Source: an uncultured Bacilli bacterium (GTDB lineage: Bacteria > Bacillota_I > Bacilli_A > RF39 > UBA660). Taken from it: a stretch of 51,925 nt of DNA. This document shows, piece by piece, positions 46,260 to 51,925 of this stretch (position 1 is the stretch's first letter; each line of letters begins with the position of its first letter). The stretch spans positions 1 to 51,925 of the forward strand of contig CANRBV010000005.1 in the NCBI GenBank assembly GCA_947628965.1, read 5' to 3'. Position numbers and translations under genes: made by a program. The notes below the pieces were generated by a model. That model was given only the letters and a program-made list of their open reading frames with translations. It made no database searches and was not told where the DNA came from.

Positions 46260-48443
46260 TCACTTTATTATTTTTTTGACTGCTTTTTTTATAAATGGCG
46301 GAACTTTTATTTTCGACATAATTTTCCATTTTAATGTATTTAATATCCAAGCGGAATTATCTACCACAATTGTAGAATTATAAAAATAAGAATTCCTTTT
46401 TATATAATCTTGAATTTTGTCTACATCGATTTCTAAGTTTTTTCCATGCCCGTCATAAATTTTAATATATTCTCGAACCATTTCTTTAACACTTTTTATT
46501 TTATAAAGGTTAATACTATCTACAATTGTATTGTATTCTTCTGTATTTGATAAAATTTGATTTATTCTATCCACAACTTGACCAGCTTCTGAAGGATATG
46601 GAATTGTCCATCCAAGTTTAAATTTTTTAAGTCTCTCAGCAATAGCACCCATATTATAAGAAATTACAGGAATTCCGCAAGCAATCGCTTCCGTTAATGT
46701 ATAAGAGTATGTTTCTGGCCAAATTGAAAATAAACAAATTAAGTCAATATGATTTTCCTCCAAAATATTTTTTAATTCTGATCTTTCATATCTACCATGA
46801 TTTATAAAATGTGATGTACTTTCTTGTAATTTACTATCAAATATTCCAAATAAATGAATTGTTATATTATTCAATTTTTTATATGTAATTAACTCTTCTA
46901 ATAATTTACTTCCTTTATGATTTCCAATTGCTCCAATAAAAGCAATGTTATATTTTCTTTTACTTTCAATATATTTTGCTGGAGATTTTGTTATATTAAT
47001 TCCATGCTCAATTACTGAAATAGAAAGATTAGGATAAGTCTTTTTTACTTCTTCTTTTGCACTTTCTGAAGGTGCAATAATTTGATTTACTACTGAAAAT
47101 AATTTTTTCCATTCCTTTCTCCAAGAACAAATATCAACGCTTTCTTTCAATACATATGCTAAACATTCATTACATTTTTTTTCGGAAGGCTTATTACAAT
47201 AATTTTGATTTTTATAAATTTTATTAATGAGAGGACAGGCGCAAAAATAGTCATGCAAAGTAAGTATAGCATAAATTTTTCTTTCTTTAATAATATCCGC
47301 TATATCAAAATAATGTCCGATTAAATGATGAATATGTATTATGCTAATTCCAAATGTATCAATAATATTTTCTAACATTTTTTTGTATTCAAAATTATAA
47401 AATTTTAGCATATGAAATTCATTTACTGAAGGAAATTGAATAATAGTCTCATTATCTTCCCAATAGGAATATAATTTATACCAATTATCCTCAAGTGTTA
47501 AAACATGGAAATTATATTTACTGCGCATATTTTTAATTAAATCCATAGCATGAAGAGTCGTACCACCAAGATTACTCTCTTTCCAATCATGAATTATATA
47601 CAAAATATTTGTTCTTCCTTTTCTTTTTTCAAGGTTTAATGCTACATTCATTGAAATATTTTTTATAGGATTGTTAACACACCATGCATCCAATCTATCT
47701 TTATATATAGGGTACTTTTTTTTCAACTCTTCTAAACCTGATTCAATCAATTCTTTTTTATCTTCAGCAAAAGATTGAGATTCCTTATGATATATATAAG
47801 TATCGTCACATAATAAATGTCTGTAACCTTTGTTTAATGCTCTAAAACAAAAGTCATTTTCTTCACCATAACCCCTTCCATAAGTTTCTTCATCAAAATA
47901 ACCTACTTCATTTAATACATCTCTTTTAATATATAAACAAAAACCATGCCCCGTAGGAATTTCGGGATATTCCCTTTTAGAACATTTTTCTACTAATTCT
48001 GCCATCTCCTCTAAGCTTAAGCCTTTTGGGATATCATTTGGTACAAAACTTTTGGGTACAGAAGCTAAAGTAGCATTATTTGATAGTGGTGTAACAGTTG
48101 CAATTTTTTCTCCACTATAAGCACATTTTTGAATTTTATCTAACCAATTTTTTGTTACCTCTGTATCAGAATTTAATAGTAATACATCATGGTCCGAATA
48201 ATGCATTCCTCTATTAACTGTACCAACAAAACCTAAATTTACTTTATTAAAAAGTACAACTAAATTAGGATATTTATTCTTATAATTTTCCAATAATATT
48301 TTTATTCTTTTATCTGTACTTTTATCATCAATTAATACTAAACAATTATTTTTTAAATCCGTATTTTTTATTACAGATTCAATACATTCTACAACACAAT
48401 CATAAGCATTATAAATTGGAATAATAATGTCACACTTCTTCAT
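46260..48443 (-). CDS. Bifunctional GT2 + GT4 glycosyltransferase
   Basis: IIIPIYN, LLNSDT, GYGEENDFC; TLHDY, HKG, WPETYSYTLTEA. Confidence 0.92.
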   Translation of the reverse strand: MKKCDIIIPIYNAYDCVVECIESVIKNTDLKNNCLVLIDDKSTDKRIKILLENYKNKYPNLVVLFNKVNLGFVGTVNRGMHYSDHDVLLLNSDTEVTKNWLDKIQKCAYSGEKIATVTPLSNNATLASVPKSFVPNDIPKGLSLEEMAELVEKCSKREYPEIPTGHGFCLYIKRDVLNEVGYFDEETYGRGYGEENDFCFRALNKGYRHLLCDDTYIYHKESQSFAEDKKELIESGLEELKKKYPIYKDRLDAWCVNNPIKNISMNVALNLEKRKGRTNILYIIHDWKESNLGGTTLHAMDLIKNMRSKYNFHVLTLEDNWYKLYSYWEDNETIIQFPSVNEFHMLKFYNFEYKKMLENIIDTFGISIIHIHHLIGHYFDIADIIKERKIYAILTLHDYFCACPLINKIYKNQNYCNKPSEKKCNECLAYVLKESVDICSWRKEWKKLFSVVNQIIAPSESAKEEVKKTYPNLSISVIEHGINITKSPAKYIESKRKYNIAFIGAIGNHKGSKLLEELITYKKLNNITIHLFGIFDSKLQESTSHFINHGRYERSELKNILEENHIDLICLFSIWPETYSYTLTEAIACGIPVISYNMGAIAERLKKFKLGWTIPYPSEAGQVVDRINQILSNTEEYNTIVDSINLYKIKSVKEMVREYIKIYDGHGKNLEIDVDKIQDYIKRNSYFYNSTIVVDNSAWILNTLKWKIMSKIKVPPFIKKAVKKIIK

Positions 48444-48613
48444 ACTAACCTCCAGAATTTTGATACAACTAGTTTTCTAGTAGTTCCATTGCATTATTAT
48501 TATAACATAATGTGTATATGAACTGCAATAAACTAACGTAAAAAAAAGTATAACAGAGTCCTTTAAATACAAGAATTTCAATTATTTCTTAAAAATTATA
48601 AATTAAAAAAATA

Positions 48614-50062
48614 TTATTTTATTAATCGTTTTATCTTTTCTAAACCATCAACTGCCAAAATCCAAAATATTGGAAGTAGAGAATATATATATCTTGATTT
48701 TATCTCCCAAAAAAAGTAAAAACAAAACATACCAATTATAAAGTAAAATAATAGATCTTTTGTATTTTTAACAGCTTCCACTTTTTCTTCTTTTATAATT
48801 CCAATCAAAGATAATGTTATTAATACAATATATTGACCTTTCATTAAATAATCTAACGCTTTTCGTATTGTCGAATTTTCTGGATCTAATACATAGCTTG
48901 TTATGGCTGTTTCATATTCATATGAATCTTGTAATCCTGCTCCAAAAGCATATCTTTCAGTTTGAAAAGTACCTTCCGTCCAAAGCCAATATTCTTTTTT
49001 TAAAAACAATTTTATTAATCTTTTTATTCCTAAATCTTTGCATCTATTAATTATATCTATTGCTGTCCATTCTGTTGAAAAGCTTCCATCTTGGAACCCA
49101 AATTCTGTTTCATTCATCCCAATTTGGATATATGACCATATTGGATATTGTAAATTCTTTTGATTTTCAGGTATATATATTTTTTTAAGTGGAATGTATA
49201 ATAAATTACAAATAATAAATGTTACTACTATAACTATTAACACTTTGTAATTAGACTTTTTTAATATTAAATACATACCTTCCGCAATAATTAATATTAT
49301 CCCTACTGGTCTTATTATATATTGAAAAAATGATAATAATGATAATAAAAAAATGTCCTTATTTTTTAATTCATGTTTAGTTAAAATGTATATAACAATA
49401 GTAGTTAACATCGTAAAAATGATATCATTATATACATGATTCACATATAAAAACATGGGTATCGATGTCAAGCCCAAAAGTAAAACTAATTTATTGTCCT
49501 TTTTGTAAATATTATTATAAATTTTATATGAAAAATATATAATTAACAAATTACAAACTACATTTCCTAATTTTATAGCAAAAACTTTAGGATAAATTTT
49601 CAATATTAGCCAAAAAAGTAATGTCATTGGTAAATTATTAGGACATCTATATAAATACTCCATTCCTTCATTAAAATTACTTAAAGCAACTTGAACAATA
49701 TTAAGCATATCTGAAAATGGTTTTAAAGGAACAAATTTTAAATACAAAAATTCTAGTATAAAATAAAACGAAAATAAAGCGAAAATAAAACTATTTATAT
49801 TTATTTTTTTCTTTATTAATTTATATATCCATACTATAAAAATTAAACTAATTATTGTGATAAATATACTTAAATAATTCCAAATATTATTTAGTTGAAA
49901 TGATGGCATATCTATATACAAATACACAGAGTTAATACATAACATTCCTAATAAAATACAGATAAATAAAGTCATTATAAAAATTTTTGAAAATTTATGT
50001 ACTAATATATCAATTTTTTTCAATTTAATCATACTCCAATAAATTATAATTTCAAAAACCAC
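48614..50062 (-). CDS. Polytopic membrane protein, probable GT-C glycosyltransferase
   Basis: Many TM helices, P.SD loop motif, IRP, WEIKSRY; follows a gtrA/gtrB-like pair. Confidence 0.7.
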   Translation of the reverse strand: MVFEIIIYWSMIKLKKIDILVHKFSKIFIMTLFICILLGMLCINSVYLYIDMPSFQLNNIWNYLSIFITIISLIFIVWIYKLIKKKININSFIFALFSFYFILEFLYLKFVPLKPFSDMLNIVQVALSNFNEGMEYLYRCPNNLPMTLLFWLILKIYPKVFAIKLGNVVCNLLIIYFSYKIYNNIYKKDNKLVLLLGLTSIPMFLYVNHVYNDIIFTMLTTIVIYILTKHELKNKDIFLLSLLSFFQYIIRPVGIILIIAEGMYLILKKSNYKVLIVIVVTFIICNLLYIPLKKIYIPENQKNLQYPIWSYIQIGMNETEFGFQDGSFSTEWTAIDIINRCKDLGIKRLIKLFLKKEYWLWTEGTFQTERYAFGAGLQDSYEYETAITSYVLDPENSTIRKALDYLMKGQYIVLITLSLIGIIKEEKVEAVKNTKDLLFYFIIGMFCFYFFWEIKSRYIYSLLPIFWILAVDGLEKIKRLIK

Positions 50063-50063
50063 T

Positions 50064-50801
50064 TCAATTTTTTATTTTCTTTTTTATTTCTTTAAAATCT
50101 TTTAGAGATTGTAAACCTATTACAAAAATTTTTTTTAAATTAATAGAATTTTTTCCACCTTGGCGAGGCTTAAAAGTAATTGGAATAAAAGTTACCTTTT
50201 CATTATTATTAATCATTAAAACAGTCAGTATAACATTTGATAAATAAAATTTTTCAGGAATTTGTTTATAGTATTTTTTCAAAATTTCATTATTCATTAA
50301 TCTAAAAGGTGCGTTAGCATCAGTAATATTTAATTTAAATATTAAAAATAATATTAATTTCAACATCTTGGTAACAAAAACTCTCATTAAACCATCTTGA
50401 CGATGATTACGAAATCCTATAATAGCATCATATTCGTTTCTTTTTTCCCAAAATTTCCAAAAATCTTCAGGACTTGTTTGGTCATCAGAATCAGTTTGAA
50501 AAATATATGAAGCATTTTGTTTTAATGCATAATCATAACCATATAAAATGGTAGCACCATGCCCTTCATTACACTTATTTAGTGGTTCTAAATATTTAAA
50601 TTTTTTTTTAATTTTACATAATATTTGAAAAGTTTTATCTTTAGATCCATCATTAATAACTACTAATTTAGAATCATTTCCTACTTTCTTTACAACATCG
50701 TGCCACTCTCTTACAACATTTTCTATATTTTCCTCTTCATTATAGGCTGGCATTATTATATATAATTTGTCTTTTAATTCTTTTTGGACATTTTTCTTCA
50801 T
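50064..50801 (-). CDS. GT2 polyprenol-phosphate glycosyltransferase (GtrB/DPM1-like)
   Basis: MPAYNEEENI, INDGSKD, QTDSD, DANAPFRLM, FKPRQGG. Confidence 0.9.
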   Translation of the reverse strand: MKKNVQKELKDKLYIIMPAYNEEENIENVVREWHDVVKKVGNDSKLVVINDGSKDKTFQILCKIKKKFKYLEPLNKCNEGHGATILYGYDYALKQNASYIFQTDSDDQTSPEDFWKFWEKRNEYDAIIGFRNHRQDGLMRVFVTKMLKLILFLIFKLNITDANAPFRLMNNEILKKYYKQIPEKFYLSNVILTVLMINNNEKVTFIPITFKPRQGGKNSINLKKIFVIGLQSLKDFKEIKKKIKN

Positions 50802-50802
50802 T

Positions 50803-51231
50803 TTAATTTTTCCTCCTATATGTAATTGTTTTATTTAAAATAAATTGTAATATTGCAATAAAAATAATAGAAAATATTTTAATAATTATTTCATTTAAAT
50901 GCATAATTTTAACAAAAAATAACATAAAAAGCATAGATAAAAACAATCCAACGTAACCTATCATAAAAAAAGAAACAAACTTTTTCATTAAAAATTCTTT
51001 TTGCTTAAAATTTAAAAATGTATTAAGTATAAAACTTAATGCTATTCCAACATTTATTCCTATAAAATTTGAAAAAAATAAATTAACATTTAAATGCCTC
51101 AATAAAGTGAATACTAAACCATCCATAGTTGATGTAAATAATCCAATTAATCCATATGCAAAAAGTTCATTTAAAGTTTGAAACTCATTATTTATTTTTT
51201 TTACTAAATTCATAAGCGATTTATTCCTCAA
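50803..51231 (-). CDS. GtrA family flippase-like protein
   Basis: Four TM helices, YGLIG...D, SFILN, QFILNK.ITY; start may be the internal Met. Confidence 0.88.
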   Translation of the reverse strand: MRNKSLMNLVKKINNEFQTLNELFAYGLIGLFTSTMDGLVFTLLRHLNVNLFFSNFIGINVGIALSFILNTFLNFKQKEFLMKKFVSFFMIGYVGLFLSMLFMLFFVKIMHLNEIIIKIFSIIFIAILQFILNKTITYRRKN

Positions 51232-51332
51232 ATTTCATATCAGTAACATATAATCTTCAAACATAATTTTTTTAATTTATAATTTTTATAAAATATGTTA
51301 ATTTTAATTATCCTTATTACTAATTCATGCAA

Positions 51333-51361
51333 ATTATAACATACCCCCCCCCCGAAGTCAA
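51333..51361 (-). promoter_or_regulatory. SigA promoter with a G10 tract in the spacer
   Basis: TTGACT-tc-G10-tatgt-TATAAT; spacer is exactly 17 bp. Confidence 0.8.
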
Positions 51362-51401
51362 TTTATACTATAATTTTTTATTACTTTAACGTTAATTTTT
51401 A

Positions 51402-51579
51402 TTTGGAATTCCGTTTTTATATTAAAAACGGAATTAAGTCTGATTACAGTATAATTAAAAGCATCCTATTGAGTTAAAAACGGAAATAACTCTGTTATTT
51501 TGTATGCAACGATTTCCCTCCCTTCAGTCAAAATTAAAAGACTTATATCCATTTTTTTGTTTTAAATCCGAAATAAGTC
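51402..51579. repeat. Five imperfect 17-bp repeats (consensus AAAAACGGAAATAAGTC)
   Basis: 51402-51418(-), 51424-51440(+), 51476-51492(+), 51540-51556(-), 51563-51579(+). Confidence 0.6.
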
Positions 51580-51667
51580 TAGTAAATTAAACAAATTTTT
51601 ATAAACCTGCATTTAGTCTACAAATTTGCGATTTTTATAATATAATTTTAATTCATTTGTTTTAATA

Positions 51668-51705
51668 AAAAAGTAGATCTTCCCTTTAAGAAGTATCTAC
51701 TTTTA
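51668..51705 (-). terminator. Terminator after the partial gene at the window edge
   Basis: AAAAGTAGAT...ATCTACTTTT inverted repeat with a T-run on -. Confidence 0.6.
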
Positions 51706-51719
51706 AAAATCATTTTATT

Positions 51720-51925
51720 TTACTTTTCTTCTTTAATCTTTTCAATTTCATCCTGAGTTAAACCAGTTATTTCTATTATTTGTTCTATTGTATTAACTCC
51801 TAATTGAAGCATCTTCTTGGCTGTTTCAATTGCTTTTTCATTCTTACCATCATCAACACCCATTTGATACATTCCTGCTTCTTCTAGTTGCTTCTTGTCA
51901 TAGAATAAATAAGCATCTAATGCTT
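51720..51925 (-). CDS. C-terminal fragment of an Rpn/PD-(D/E)XK transposase-like protein (runs off the window)
   Basis: ...GVDDGKNEKAIETAKKMLQLG..IEQIIEITGLTQDEIEKIK, the typical Rpn-family C-terminal helix motif. Confidence 0.7.
   Translation of the reverse strand, partial: ALDAYLFYDKKQLEEAGMYQMGVDDGKNEKAIETAKKMLQLGVNTIEQIIEITGLTQDEIEKIKEEK

Noticed and set aside
5959-49050. Many short opposite-strand or nested ORFs in the track (e.g. 5959-6249, 8724-8963, 11062-11370, 18974-19477, 21241-21444, 23331-23852, 25478-25849, 32445-32765, 36544-36780, 48814-49050)
   Set aside because: They overlap well-supported genes and have no recognisable motifs; treated as shadow ORFs

Overview
AT-rich window from a low-GC Bacillota genome. 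Gene content suggests a reduced, sporulation-gene-bearing member of the Bacilli such as RF39 (inference). Most genes are on the minus strand. Left to right: (1) a probable mobile-element junction beside an unannotated ~105-nt sRNA; (2) a DUF975 gene and recG; (3) a decayed islet at tRNA-Leu(CAA) with a transposase pseudogene and an unannotated type I toxin-antitoxin locus; (4) scpAB; (5) a sporulation cluster (dacF ... spoIIAA-sigF ... spoVAC-D-E) with no spoIIAB, where SpoIIAA has Glu at the phospho-Ser position, interrupted by an RHH regulator plus beta-helix surface protein; (6) pnp, rpsO, truB, rbfA, infB, ylxR, nusA, a short rimP and rpsD; (7) a ~15-kb minimal type VII secretion (T7SS) locus: tandem WXG100, two WXG100-like partners, a 1692-aa effector with three predicted enzymatic modules, a small protein plus kinase pair, a Zn-ribbon membrane protein duplicated around an AAA ATPase, EsaB and EssC, with no recognisable EssA, EssB or EsaA; (8) a surface-glycan modification cluster whose promoter has a G10 tract in the -35/-10 spacer. 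The best candidates for new biology are the T7SS with its multi-enzyme effector and kinase, and the SpoIIAB-less sigF module. All family assignments come from motifs recognised by eye, not from database searches.
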